This document shows, piece by piece, positions 1 to 9,721 of a stretch of 64,000 nucleotides of DNA (within the stretch, counting starts at the first letter, position 1; the number at the start of each line of letters is the position of its first letter). The notes beneath the pieces were generated by a model. The model was not told where the DNA came from and searched no databases. It saw only the letters and a list, made by a program, of their open reading frames with translations. The DNA is taken from IMG/VR virus record IMGVR_UViG_3300020469_000020, positions 32,001 to 96,000 of that record. One strand, 5' to 3'. Position numbers and translations under genes: made by a program. This DNA comes from a virus.

Positions 1-3000
1 AACTGTGAAATAGATGCAGTGCTTGTAGAATTGAATACTATTACCTGACCGTTACTTTTAGTAGCAGTTGCTCCATTTACAGTCACACTGTATGTTTTTG
101 ATGTATCTGTATCAAGCAATTGTAATACAAAACCAACTCTTTCATTTTGAGACTTTAATGATAATGTATTGTTTAATCTTTTATCATTTATAATAGTTTC
201 AACATTATTTTTATTGTTTATTAATTTACCTGTTTTTTGTGCTAACGTAGCATTTGCTAATGTTTGAGTTTTAGTATCTACATTTACACCAGACCAAAAC
301 TGTTCCCAATCTCCCCATTGTGTTCCAAATGCGTTATTACCTAAAGTCTTCCAATTTTTAAATTGATTGTCTTCATTCAATAATACGTTAGGTGTGAACT
401 GTTTGCTGTACCAATTTGTACTAAATGGATGAAGTGTCAACATTCCATTTCTAAAATTTTGTATTGCATCAACTTTTGTATTAGCTGTCGTTATCGCACT
501 CGCTAGTGTATTAGTGTTAAGTATTGGTAAGAATGCTATATTTTTATTTAATGTTGGAAAGTTAGAATTAACAGTAGCATTTGGAGAGACTTCAAGCAAT
601 GTATTATTTGATTTAAATGCAGGAAATAATTTCATTGCTTCTAGATCAATAGAACTTGAAAATCCTTCCATACCAACTTGTGCTATACTAAATCCAGAAA
701 ACATATCAACAATTAATCCATTTGTAAATCTTGGATCTCCACTAGGTGTTGTTAATTTTGTTTGAATAGCCTGTAATTCCAAAGCATTTAATTGAGCAAT
801 ATCTTCTAAGTTTTCAATGCGCTTTTGAAGCTTAGAAATATCTTTCATAGTATAATTTTTATTATCAATTAATTTATAATCAACATCTGCAAAATCAAAA
901 GTATATGCTGGAATTTTTAAGTCATATAGCTTTACATTAAAATCTGATGGTGTGTATAAATTTTCATCTGATACTTGTAATGCTATTTCAGAAGAACCAT
1001 CTCCTTGCAAAGCTATAACTTTATCTTTGTTTATATAATAAGTAAAATCTAAATTTACGTTTGTGCTTACAACATCGGTTACATTCTGATATTCAGGAGT
1101 AGTACCTATTGGTCTTCTTACTGGTCTAAAATCAATTACATTTCTTAAAGGAAACTTGTTATTATCTGGATCTACATAAGTTGGTATTTTTCTATAGTGT
1201 ATATTACTATAACTATCAACTGTGAAATAATGACCATCTGTAGAATCAAAGTAATCATATTCTACCTTGAAATAATAAAAATTATTTCCACCAGCTGCAG
1301 TATTAATATTTTGTATTTCTGGTAAATCAAGATATGGTTTTAAAACAATTCTTCCATGATCGTAATAAGTTTCTCTTTGTCCTGTATCTAAATCAAAATA
1401 TGATGTTAAGTCTATTAGTGGAGAAGTTTTTCCTACTCCAACTTCAACTTTTCTTATGCGATATATATCACTATGTTTTAATTCAAAACCAGTTTGATTT
1501 TGAGAATATCTAATATCATCAAACTGAAGATTACCAGTTGCATCTACATTTACTTGGAAAGCATCGGCTGCTGTTCCACTGATAGTTTTTAAAGTCTTTG
1601 TTCTTTGTGATGGAACTATAATAGGTATAACTGCATGTACAATAAATTCATCACCAACCTGAAAATTATATCCGGCATTTAGTTGAATAGTAAATTTGTG
1701 ATTTGCATCTATACTTGCTGTACTTATAGGTATAGATTCACCTTTGTAGTATTTTAGATAATTAGTACTGCTATCATATATATTTTCAGCAGCATAAACC
1801 TTTGCATTTACAGTACCTACTGTAAACGGAGCACGAAAGTTTGTATCTATATTTGCATCGATACTAGTGCCTACAGTAGCTACAGTCCATTTATTTTGAT
1901 AAAATATACTATAATCATCAACAGCAACATTCTTTACTTCACCATCTTCACTTGAAATTATTTCTGTAAATTTTTTCTGGTCCGTTGGCGCAAATGTTAA
2001 AAGATTACCAAGTGTATCTTTTCTAACATCACCATAAAATTCAGTTCCATTTAAATAAGAACCTTTTACAATTGAATCTACGTTATAATTTTGAAAGGAA
2101 AGACTTACTATATCTCCTATAGAAAAATTAGGAGGATTACTGGCGGTAACATTACTTAGAGTAAATTCTTGATTCATTCCGTCATAATCACTAACATTCC
2201 ATTTACTTCCATTATATTCAATAAACAGTCCGTTATACACATCATCTACCATACTTAATTCCAAACTAACACCTCTAATAGTTACTGTATCATTAATAAT
2301 TGTACCTATATCAGTAACATTAAATTGTTTTGGTTGTGAAGCGAGTTGAAAATGTGAATATCTAAATTGAGAAGGATCTATTACACCTATTGATTTTGCA
2401 CGAAGTGTTCCTATTTTTGTAGAATTATATTGATAAGTATAATGATTACTATGAGAAGGTTTTGTAAATGTATAATTAGTTCCTGATATAAATTTAGTGA
2501 CATCAGTGTCTATAGTAACAGTATTTGCTGCTGTACCTGCAATTGCATTTACTTTACCATAAACTTTGAAATTACTATCAAGAGCATTTGTAATTTCAAT
2601 AAAGTCACCAACATTCAAATAAGTATTATATACACCTGATCCCAATCCGAATAGTTGTAATGAGCCAATCGGTGTGTTATTTGAAATAGTGTTTCGATCA
2701 AAAGATACCACAGTGTAACTTACAGAATTTGCTTCATATGGAGTAACTGATATTTTGTCTATTTTTCTTACTGTATAGCTTATTGTGCTTCCGCCAGTAG
2801 TTTTATTTAATACATTGTGAGTAGTATTAAGTATGGGTAATCCAGATGCTGTATTTTTTGAATGTTTTATTAATTTAAATCTTGAACTTAAATTACCGCT
2901 TGTATCTGGCGATTGAATATTTTCAAAAATAGTTCCATTTATTTCAATTCTATCATTTATACTTATTGAAAGATGAGAAGCAAAACCTGTGGAAAGTTCT

Positions 3001-4520
3001 AATTCAATATCATATAATTCTGAATATTGAGTACAATGTAAATCAATTGATGATAATTTATCAAATTCTAAAAAATTTTGTGTGTACCTATAATTGTAGG
3101 CATCTATATCATTATTAAATTTTAAAAAATGTAAGTTAGGGGAAACGTCAGTTTCTTCTGTAAGAGTGTTTCTTGCTTTTGTATCTTCTAATCTCGTTGT
3201 GAAACTTGTTTCATATCTGTACCCTTTAACATATGCAATACCTTTACTTAAACTATAATTAAGTTTTTCTTCATCTCTTAAATCAATAGAATTATTAAGA
3301 GTAAGTAATGCCACTCCAGATGCATCATTAAAATTATCGTAGTGAATATCACTTACTTTCATTCTATTATCTGTTTCAACACTAATAACTTTTAATAGTC
3401 TATTGTAATCAATATCAGTTCCAAACATAACATAATTATCTGCAGTCAAAGAGGTATAATTACTGTTAGTACCATCAATTGTATACACACTTTCAACACT
3501 TGAAACTAATTGTATATTACTTATTACATGAGTTCCTGCTAAAGCAGTGTCAGACTCTACATTTAATTTAAAATTATCTACAACAAAATTTCCATTAATT
3601 TCATAAGTCCTTCTGGCTAAAGTTTCTCCAAGAACACTATAGATAGGATATTTTGTTCTGAATATTAAATTTCCATTTTTAAATTTAAGTAAAGGAATAA
3701 ATTTCCAGTCTGTATCAATCTGTTTATAATCTAGATCATGTTCTTTCAGGTCTAATCTTAAAACTAATCTATCTGCACCAGGTGAATTAACATTAAAAGC
3801 GTTTTCTGCAGGATCATATAACTGTGTTCCATAAGTAGCATCATTTATGTCTACTATACTCCATATAAGTTCTACACCAACTTCTTTATTTAAATTATTA
3901 ACATTATCAACAGCATAAATATATCGTTGCTTGCTTATGTTTGTAAAATATCCAGAAACGTAAAAAATACTACTATCTATATCAGCATAACTTCCTGTTT
4001 TTGGAGTAACGCTTCTTAGTGTTCCAATTTCAGTTAAAGCTGTTCCGGTTTTAAAATAAACTTTTACAGTGTTTGTTGTTGCTATTGCTTGTTGACTTAG
4101 AGAATCTAAAAATTTAAGTCCGATATGCGGTGGGTAAACTACTCCATTTTCTACAAAAGCTTTTTTCATCGCAATGAAAGTACCTTCTAAAACGTCAGAG
4201 TCTGTAACTGTATCTCTAAAAATAACAGTTGTAGCTTCTGAAGTAGGTGTTAATTCTGTTTTTGCATCATCTGCCAACTCATAAAGTGTGCAGTTATCAT
4301 ATTCTAAACCACCACTAGAAGTTACAAGAGAACCATCTTTAAATATATGATCGCCAAACTTTTTAATTTGCTCATTTATTATATTCTGTAAAGAGATAAG
4401 TTCTGCAGATTGTAAGGGGTATCCTGGCTTAAAAAGTATTTGTGAAAAGTTTCTACCAGGATATTTTACAAAGTATGGACTATTAGCTATATCAGGAAGT
4501 AAAGTTTTAGATTCTGCCAT
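1..4520 (-). CDS. Large virion structural protein (DUF4815/VrlC-like), truncated at left window edge
   Basis: Not in ORF track. Manual translation from ATG 4520: MAESKTLLPDIANSPYFVKYPGRNFSQILFKPGYPLQSAELISLQNIINEQIKKFGDHIFKDGSLV; later NKNYTMKDISKLQKRIENLE. Both match the giant structural protein of marine T4-like phages. Only spot-translated. Confidence 0.85.
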   Translation of the reverse strand, partial: MAESKTLLPDIANSPYFVKYPGRNFSQILFKPGYPLQSAELISLQNIINEQIKKFGDHIFKDGSLVTSSGGLEYDNCTLYELADDAKTELTPTSEATTVIFRDTVTDSDVLEGTFIAMKKAFVENGVVYPPHIGLKFLDSLSQQAIATTNTVKVYFKTGTALTEIGTLRSVTPKTGSYADIDSSIFYVSGYFTNISKQRYIYAVDNVNNLNKEVGVELIWSIVDINDATYGTQLYDPAENAFNVNSPGADRLVLRLDLKEHDLDYKQIDTDWKFIPLLKFKNGNLIFRTKYPIYSVLGETLARRTYEINGNFVVDNFKLNVESDTALAGTHVISNIQLVSSVESVYTIDGTNSNYTSLTADNYVMFGTDIDYNRLLKVISVETDNRMKVSDIHYDNFNDASGVALLTLNNSIDLRDEEKLNYSLSKGIAYVKGYRYETSFTTRLEDTKARNTLTEETDVSPNLHFLKFNNDIDAYNYRYTQNFLEFDKLSSIDLHCTQYSELYDIELELSTGFASHLSISINDRIEINGTIFENIQSPDTSGNLSSRFKLIKHSKNTASGLPILNTTHNVLNKTTGGSTISYTVRKIDKISVTPYEANSVSYTVVSFDRNTISNNTPIGSLQLFGLGSGVYNTYLNVGDFIEITNALDSNFKVYGKVNAIAGTAANTVTIDTDVTKFISGTNYTFTKPSHSNHYTYQYNSTKIGTLRAKSIGVIDPSQFRYSHFQLASQPKQFNVTDIGTIINDTVTIRGVSLELSMVDDVYNGLFIEYNGSKWNVSDYDGMNQEFTLSNVTASNPPNFSIGDIVSLSFQNYNVDSIVKGSYLNGTEFYGDVRKDTLGNLLTFAPTDQKKFTEIISSEDGEVKNVAVDDYSIFYQNKWTVATVGTSIDANIDTNFRAPFTVGTVNAKVYAAENIYDSSTNYLKYYKGESIPISTASIDANHKFTIQLNAGYNFQVGDEFIVHAVIPIIVPSQRTKTLKTISGTAADAFQVNVDATGNLQFDDIRYSQNQTGFELKHSDIYRIRKVEVGVGKTSPLIDLTSYFDLDTGQRETYYDHGRIVLKPYLDLPEIQNINTAAGGNNFYYFKVEYDYFDSTDGHYFTVDSYSNIHYRKIPTYVDPDNNKFPLRNVIDFRPVRRPIGTTPEYQNVTDVVSTNVNLDFTYYINKDKVIALQGDGSSEIALQVSDENLYTPSDFNVKLYDLKIPAYTFDFADVDYKLIDNKNYTMKDISKLQKRIENLEDIAQLNALELQAIQTKLTTPSGDPRFTNGLIVDMFSGFSIAQVGMEGFSSSIDLEAMKLFPAFKSNNTLLEVSPNATVNSNFPTLNKNIAFLPILNTNTLASAITTANTKVDAIQNFRNGMLTLHPFSTNWYSKQFTPNVLLNEDNQFKNWKTLGNNAFGTQWGDWEQFWSGVNVDTKTQTLANATLAQKTGKLINNKNNVETIINDKRLNNTLSLKSQNERVGFVLQLLDTDTSKTYSVTVNGATATKSNGQVIVFNSTSTASISQ

Positions 4521-4587
4521 TTAAAATTCCTTTATTTTTCAGAATAATAATTATACTAGAGGGTTCTTTTTATTTATGAAAGTATTT

Positions 4588-4595
4588 TATAAATA
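4588..4595 (+). promoter_or_regulatory. T4-type late promoter TATAAATA upstream of gp13 (divergent CATAAATA on - strand at 4571-4578)
   Basis: Exact gp55 consensus in an intergenic position. Confidence 0.7.
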
Positions 4596-4637
4596 ATAGT
4601 ACAACGATTTTTTATTAATTTTAAACTATTTATACCT

Positions 4638-5516
4638 ATGTTAAAAACAAGAGAATCTTTAATTAATTGGGCATTGAGGTCATTGGGACATCCTGTTATT
4701 CAGATAAATGTTACTGCCGAACAACTTGAAGACCGTTTAGATGACTCTCTAGAGTTATTTCAAGAATATAGTCTTGGTGGTACAAATCGGGATTATATTC
4801 GTTACCAAGTTCAAGAAGAAGATATTTATAGACAATATATTCCTATTGATGGTTCTTCTGTCATAGGTATAGTAAGATTGATTCCTCTTTCAAGAGGATT
4901 ATTTGGTAATATTGATATAGTCTTCGATCCTATTTATCATTTACTAAATGCAGCAACTGACAGACAATGGGCAAGTATTAATCTTACATCATATACAATG
5001 TTTAGACAATATGCAGAAGTTTTAGATTTGATTTTAAAGCCAAAGCATAACATAAGATTTAATCGTTATCAAGATAAAATATTTGTAGATTGGAATTGGG
5101 GAACAAGAAATTATACACCTTCTAATATGTTAACTGAAAATAATCATAATCTATTAACAGAAGCTGACGATCCTGGAGATAGCGTAGACTATCAATTAAT
5201 GTATGAAGAAGAATTTGATGGTGGAGGAACGGCAGATATAGAGCCAGGTGATTTTATTATATTAGAATGTTTTAAAGTATTAGACCCTGAAGAGTATCCG
5301 GGAGTATATGGAGATCGTTGGTTAAAAGAATATTACAAAGCAAAAGTTAAATATCAATGGGGTCAAAACCTTTCTAAATATTCTGGTATGACGTTACCAG
5401 GAGGCGTTCAACTTGATGGTAATGCAATGATGTCAGATGCTCAAGCTGAACTAGATAAATTGAAAGAACAATTATACACAGATTACTCAGAGCCGTTAAC
5501 TTTCTTCATTGGTTAA
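4638..5516 (+). CDS. gp13: Neck protein gp13
   Basis: LRSLGHPVIQINV..EQLEDR; KYQWGQNLSKYSGMTLPGGVQLDG; C-terminal FFIG. Confidence 0.92.
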   Translation: MLKTRESLINWALRSLGHPVIQINVTAEQLEDRLDDSLELFQEYSLGGTNRDYIRYQVQEEDIYRQYIPIDGSSVIGIVRLIPLSRGLFGNIDIVFDPIYHLLNAATDRQWASINLTSYTMFRQYAEVLDLILKPKHNIRFNRYQDKIFVDWNWGTRNYTPSNMLTENNHNLLTEADDPGDSVDYQLMYEEEFDGGGTADIEPGDFIILECFKVLDPEEYPGVYGDRWLKEYYKAKVKYQWGQNLSKYSGMTLPGGVQLDGNAMMSDAQAELDKLKEQLYTDYSEPLTFFIG

Positions 5517-5518
5517 TT

Positions 5519-5809
5519 ATGGAATTAATTAAAAACATACAAGAATCTTTTATTTTAGATAAACTAAAAAATATGGATTATGCTAAAGATTTGTATCTTG
5601 CACTCTGTAATAATGAATGGAAAAAGAAAGATTTGACAAATACATTTTCTTTTCGTGAAGCCGCTGGAATTATAGCCGAATTAAGAAATCAAGAAGAAAT
5701 TTATTTAGACTTCTATCCTGCTTTACCTGATGAAAACTACAACAGAATAGAAGGTGATGTTACTGTAGAAATAAGAACAGATTTAAAAAAGATAGATTGG
5801 TTTTTATAA
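5519..5809 (+). CDS. Conserved phage hypothetical protein
   Basis: YAKDLYLALCNNEW..FREAAGIIAELR..YLDFY pattern; directly follows gp13. Confidence 0.7.
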   Translation: MELIKNIQESFILDKLKNMDYAKDLYLALCNNEWKKKDLTNTFSFREAAGIIAELRNQEEIYLDFYPALPDENYNRIEGDVTVEIRTDLKKIDWFL

Positions 5810-5810
5810 C

Positions 5811-6002
5811 TCAATCTTCTAAATCTTCTTCTATTGATTCTTTTAAAGCAATTATTTGTTTTCTATAAATATCTTTGTCACCCCAAAGCATATGTCCCAT
5901 AAAACTAACAACACTACCATCGTATTCATCTTCTAATTGTTCTTTAGACATTTGTTTTTTTAAAGACATCGCCAGACCCATTTTCGTGTTCATATAATCC
6001 AT
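5811..6002 (-). CDS. Hypothetical protein
   Basis: 63 aa ORF with GAGG RBS filling the gap. Confidence 0.6.
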   Translation of the reverse strand: MDYMNTKMGLAMSLKKQMSKEQLEDEYDGSVVSFMGHMLWGDKDIYRKQIIALKESIEEDLED

Positions 6003-6070
6003 AATACCTCTTTTTTGACTTGACTCTTAACTAAATATCTGTTACAGTTATTTATAAAGTTTCAAAAAAG

Positions 6071-7108
6071 GTGTTTATGTTAGACAATCTAAAAGAACAT
6101 ATTGATAACAAATACATTAATGTTGGAATACACGATTTAGATAATAATTATAGAATTTATAATTACTCTCAATCTACACAATTTGAAAAATTTTGGAATA
6201 AAACTACTTTATCTTGTAGAGGATTAATTACATACAAAGATAAAATTATATCAAGAGGTCCTTGTAAGTTTTTTAATTATGGTGAAATTGATCATCCACC
6301 AATAAAAGAAGTAATCGGAGTCTATGAAAAAGTAGATGGTTCATTGGGAATACCCTATGAATTTAATGGAAATGTTTATCTTTCTACTAGAGGATCTTTT
6401 AGTTCTAATCAAGCTAAAAAAGGGACTAAAATTTTAAATGAAGATTATGATGAATTTTTATCAACTACGATTAATGATCTTTTAGATGATGAAATAACTC
6501 CTATCTTTGAAATTATTTACCCAGAAAATCAAATTGTAGTAAATTATGGTAGCACAGAAGAGTTAGTTTTTATTGGAACTATAGATAATAAAACAGGTTT
6601 AATTGATTTTGAAACACATAGAAAAGAGTTTCAAAAATTATGCACCGTTGTTAAGAAATACACAATGGATGATAAAATACCAGAAAAAACAGAAGGGTTT
6701 GTAGTTCAATTTAAAAATGGAACTTGTGCAAAAATAAAATCAGATTGGTATATTAATTTACATAGATTAGTAGCAAACAGAGACTTTTATAGAACTGTTT
6801 TAATATCTTTAATTGAAAACAATGATATGCGATGGATAGAAGATATACCTGATGAATTTTACAGAGAGATAGCTCACAATCTTAAAAAAGTAGAAACTTA
6901 TATAAATTCAGAAACAAAAAGATTAAAAGAACTATTAGATACTATATTGAAGGAGTATAAAACAGACAAAGACATAGCTCTGAAAATAAAAGAAATTTCC
7001 AAAGATATGCCGTTGTTGTTTATTTTGTGGAGAAAAGGAAACAAAAAACTTAAAGAAACTTTGCTTAAAAATTTACTAGACAAATATAAAAAATCAAAAG
7101 ATAATTAA
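6071..7108 (+). CDS. rnlA: RNA ligase 1 (T4 RnlA family)
   Basis: CRGLI, KFFNYGE, motif I EKVDGSLG, TRGSF, FEIIYPEN, EGFVV, KIKS..Y...H. Confidence 0.9.
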   Translation: MFMLDNLKEHIDNKYINVGIHDLDNNYRIYNYSQSTQFEKFWNKTTLSCRGLITYKDKIISRGPCKFFNYGEIDHPPIKEVIGVYEKVDGSLGIPYEFNGNVYLSTRGSFSSNQAKKGTKILNEDYDEFLSTTINDLLDDEITPIFEIIYPENQIVVNYGSTEELVFIGTIDNKTGLIDFETHRKEFQKLCTVVKKYTMDDKIPEKTEGFVVQFKNGTCAKIKSDWYINLHRLVANRDFYRTVLISLIENNDMRWIEDIPDEFYREIAHNLKKVETYINSETKRLKELLDTILKEYKTDKDIALKIKEISKDMPLLFILWRKGNKKLKETLLKNLLDKYKKSKDN

Positions 7109-7677
7109 AAATCTCCACCAGAACTTGGTTGTGGATCACCCATACTAAATCCCATCATTTTTCTACCCAAACTAATTGGTTTCGGTTCAAATGGTGTAAT
7201 CTTTTTTGGCATATCCATACTTGGTGCTGGAGCAGGAGGCATAGCTTCCATTTCTTTTTCGTCATCGTGTTGCTCATCTTTAGCATCAAGATAAGAAGCA
7301 ACTTTTATCATATAGTCGCAAGCAACTGCTATTTTAGATTGCACCCATTCTGGTAAATTTTCATTATCTTCTATCTCTTTCATCATCTTAGTTGCCGCTT
7401 GGTGAATTTGGCAAAGTTGAGTTTTAGCCATTGAACCTTCATAATCGTATTCTTCATCTTCACCAGGCTTATGATCTTCTGTTTTCATTTTTGCAGCTAA
7501 TATATCTTGATCAAGCTTTTCCATTTGTGCTTTTAAAGCTTTCTTTTTATCCATCATTGCCTGCATAGCTGACTTGTTTGCATCTTTAGCAGTATCTTCT
7601 ACAGTTTCTTCATCATATTCATTCAAAGGTTCTCTATCATTTAAAATGTTATTAATGATATTTTTAATATCAGACAT
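7105..7677 (-). CDS. Conserved T4-like hypothetical protein (probably head-associated)
   Basis: EYDYEGSMAKTQL...LPEWVQSKIA.A.DY motif; acidic. Confidence 0.65.
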   Translation of the reverse strand: MSDIKNIINNILNDREPLNEYDEETVEDTAKDANKSAMQAMMDKKKALKAQMEKLDQDILAAKMKTEDHKPGEDEEYDYEGSMAKTQLCQIHQAATKMMKEIEDNENLPEWVQSKIAVACDYMIKVASYLDAKDEQHDDEKEMEAMPPAPAPSMDMPKKITPFEPKPISLGRKMMGFSMGDPQPSSGGDF

Positions 7678-7748
7678 AGTTCCTTTTTGTTTAAAATAAA
7701 TAATATAGGTAATTTTTATATATTTATCAATTTAAAATCGTAGGTAAA

Positions 7749-8192
7749 ATGAAAAAGTTAATACAAGATATCAATTCATTATTAAATGAAGAAGAAAAGG
7801 TTAGTGGTTATTATGCAGTAATTCTATCAGAAGATTCTTATAATCAAGTAAAAGAATACGCAAACTATAGAATAGTACGTTCTAATCATATCACTATCGC
7901 ATATGATCCTACAGTATCTGAATCTGAAAAGCTTAATACTATGTTAGGTAAAAGAATGGGAATCAAAACTAAAGAACTTTTTGAGAATGATAATATTCAA
8001 GCGTTTACTATAGAGATGAATAATTTAAATCGTTTAGATGGTGGGATTCCTCATATAACAGTTTCACACGATGAAAATACAAAACCATTTGCTGCAAATG
8101 AAATGTTAAAAAATCCAGACAGAACAAGAACAATAGAATTAGATTTGTTTGGTACTTTCAAGTTTATACCACATAAAAAAAGGGAGGTGTAA
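7749..8192 (+). CDS. 2H phosphoesterase (2',3'-cyclic phosphodiesterase-like)
   Basis: Two HxT motifs: SNHITIAY and IPHITVS; 147 aa. Confidence 0.75.
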   Translation: MKKLIQDINSLLNEEEKVSGYYAVILSEDSYNQVKEYANYRIVRSNHITIAYDPTVSESEKLNTMLGKRMGIKTKELFENDNIQAFTIEMNNLNRLDGGIPHITVSHDENTKPFAANEMLKNPDRTRTIELDLFGTFKFIPHKKREV

Positions 8193-8204
8193 AAACCTCC
8201 CTTT
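8178..8204. terminator. Intrinsic terminator hairpin between convergent 2H gene and gp23
   Basis: aaagggagg-N8-cctcccttt inverted repeat with flanking A tract. Confidence 0.75.
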
Positions 8205-8231
8205 CCTTAACTCAATCTATTCTTAAATTAA

Positions 8232-9638
8232 TTAAGAAAGATTTGTTACCTTCATCTTTCGGTAATATACGTTTGAATTACCGTCAAGACCAGCACCGGT
8301 CACTCTCTTACTTGCATTTTTAGCATCATCTCTTTGTGAGAATGGATTTGCTACAATTGCATCTCGGCTCATGAAACCGATGATTGGAGTGAAGCTTGCA
8401 GGATCTTGAGCTTTCAACATCTGCAGTGGCTGATATGGACAATAGAAAATTCCACTATCGTAAGGTGAAGTACCCTTATAACCTACAGTTACTAGAGCGG
8501 TTGCACCAATTGACAAATATGGATCAATGTATACTCTAAACTGACCATTCAATACACCAGCAAATAAACTATCAGTCTCATCAGTCTTGATGTTGTTCTT
8601 TAGATTTGAAGAATAATCAAGAACACCAGCCATTTGAAGTGCGGAAGCAACGTCTGCTGAACAGATGATGATGTTTCCTTTTCCACGTCGAGTTTCTCTA
8701 GCGATTTGATTTGCTTCAAGTTCCAATTGGAACATCAATCCTTTAAACTTCTCAACTGACCATCTACCATTTGAATCAACAAGAAGATCAAATGTATTTG
8801 CATTAGTTGTATTTGTGGCACCTGGCTTAGCTACAGTGTAAATGGTACGAATAACTTGACGGTTGATCTCAGCTAAAATTTCATTAGAGAGAATGTTTGC
8901 CAATTCACTTTCAGCATTCAATCCATGAGTTGCTTTCAAGTCTTGTGCCATTTCAAGTGTGTATTGACCACGCAATTTTCTTGTCTCAGCAGCAACTGAC
9001 ATTTTCTCAATTGAGAATGACATCTCTGGAATAGCAGTTGAACCAAGTCCAAATTGCTCACCAGCTGATGTAGCAGCACCAACACCGGTTACAGTATCAG
9101 CATTATTTGTAGTAAAGAATTCGTTTACTGGATCAGCGGGAATTGCAGTACCGTCAACACCAGCATAAGCTGTATTTGCTTCACCATAGAACGCTTCTTT
9201 TGTACCATCTGTAGATGCTGTTCCATCATATGCTCCACCAGCACCAGCAAGTCTTGCAGGTGACTCATAATGTGAGCGCATTGCAAAAATCAATCCTGTA
9301 GGACCTGTAAGTGGCTGAACTCCACATACATCATATGCCAACAATTTTGGCATAGTTCTTCTTACAAGAGAAATAAGAACTGGATCTACAAATTCAATAT
9401 GACCACCAGCAGAAGGTGTACCACCAGCAGCATCCATATTAGAAACCATCGCTCCTGGATTCTCTGTCAAGAACAATCCTTGTCCTGTTTGAGTTTGTGC
9501 TTGTTGTCTTAGCATAGTCTCTTGATTTTCCAAAAGAATAGCTGTAACACTTTTTCTATAGGTATCGTCAATATTAGGCAGTTCATCATGCTCTAATATC
9601 GGCTTCCATTTTTCCTGAACTTTTTCGTTAAGAACCAT
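8232..9638 (-). CDS. gp23: Major capsid protein gp23
   Basis: KWKPILEH, ILLENQE, CGVQPLTGPTGLIFAMRS, ELAQDLKA-like, GRWSVEKFKGL, FYCPY. Confidence 0.98.
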   Translation of the reverse strand: MVLNEKVQEKWKPILEHDELPNIDDTYRKSVTAILLENQETMLRQQAQTQTGQGLFLTENPGAMVSNMDAAGGTPSAGGHIEFVDPVLISLVRRTMPKLLAYDVCGVQPLTGPTGLIFAMRSHYESPARLAGAGGAYDGTASTDGTKEAFYGEANTAYAGVDGTAIPADPVNEFFTTNNADTVTGVGAATSAGEQFGLGSTAIPEMSFSIEKMSVAAETRKLRGQYTLEMAQDLKATHGLNAESELANILSNEILAEINRQVIRTIYTVAKPGATNTTNANTFDLLVDSNGRWSVEKFKGLMFQLELEANQIARETRRGKGNIIICSADVASALQMAGVLDYSSNLKNNIKTDETDSLFAGVLNGQFRVYIDPYLSIGATALVTVGYKGTSPYDSGIFYCPYQPLQMLKAQDPASFTPIIGFMSRDAIVANPFSQRDDAKNASKRVTGAGLDGNSNVYYRKMKVTNLS

Positions 9639-9693
9639 AACTTCTCCTTTTAATTTTTAAATATAATTGAAATTATAAAAATTTCTTTTATCT

Positions 9694-9701
9694 TATTTAT
9701 A
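9694..9701 (-). promoter_or_regulatory. Late promoter TATAAATA for gp23
   Basis: tatttata on + strand upstream of the gp23 start. Confidence 0.75.
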
Positions 9702-9721
9702 TATATTCTCTTTTTCAAAAA

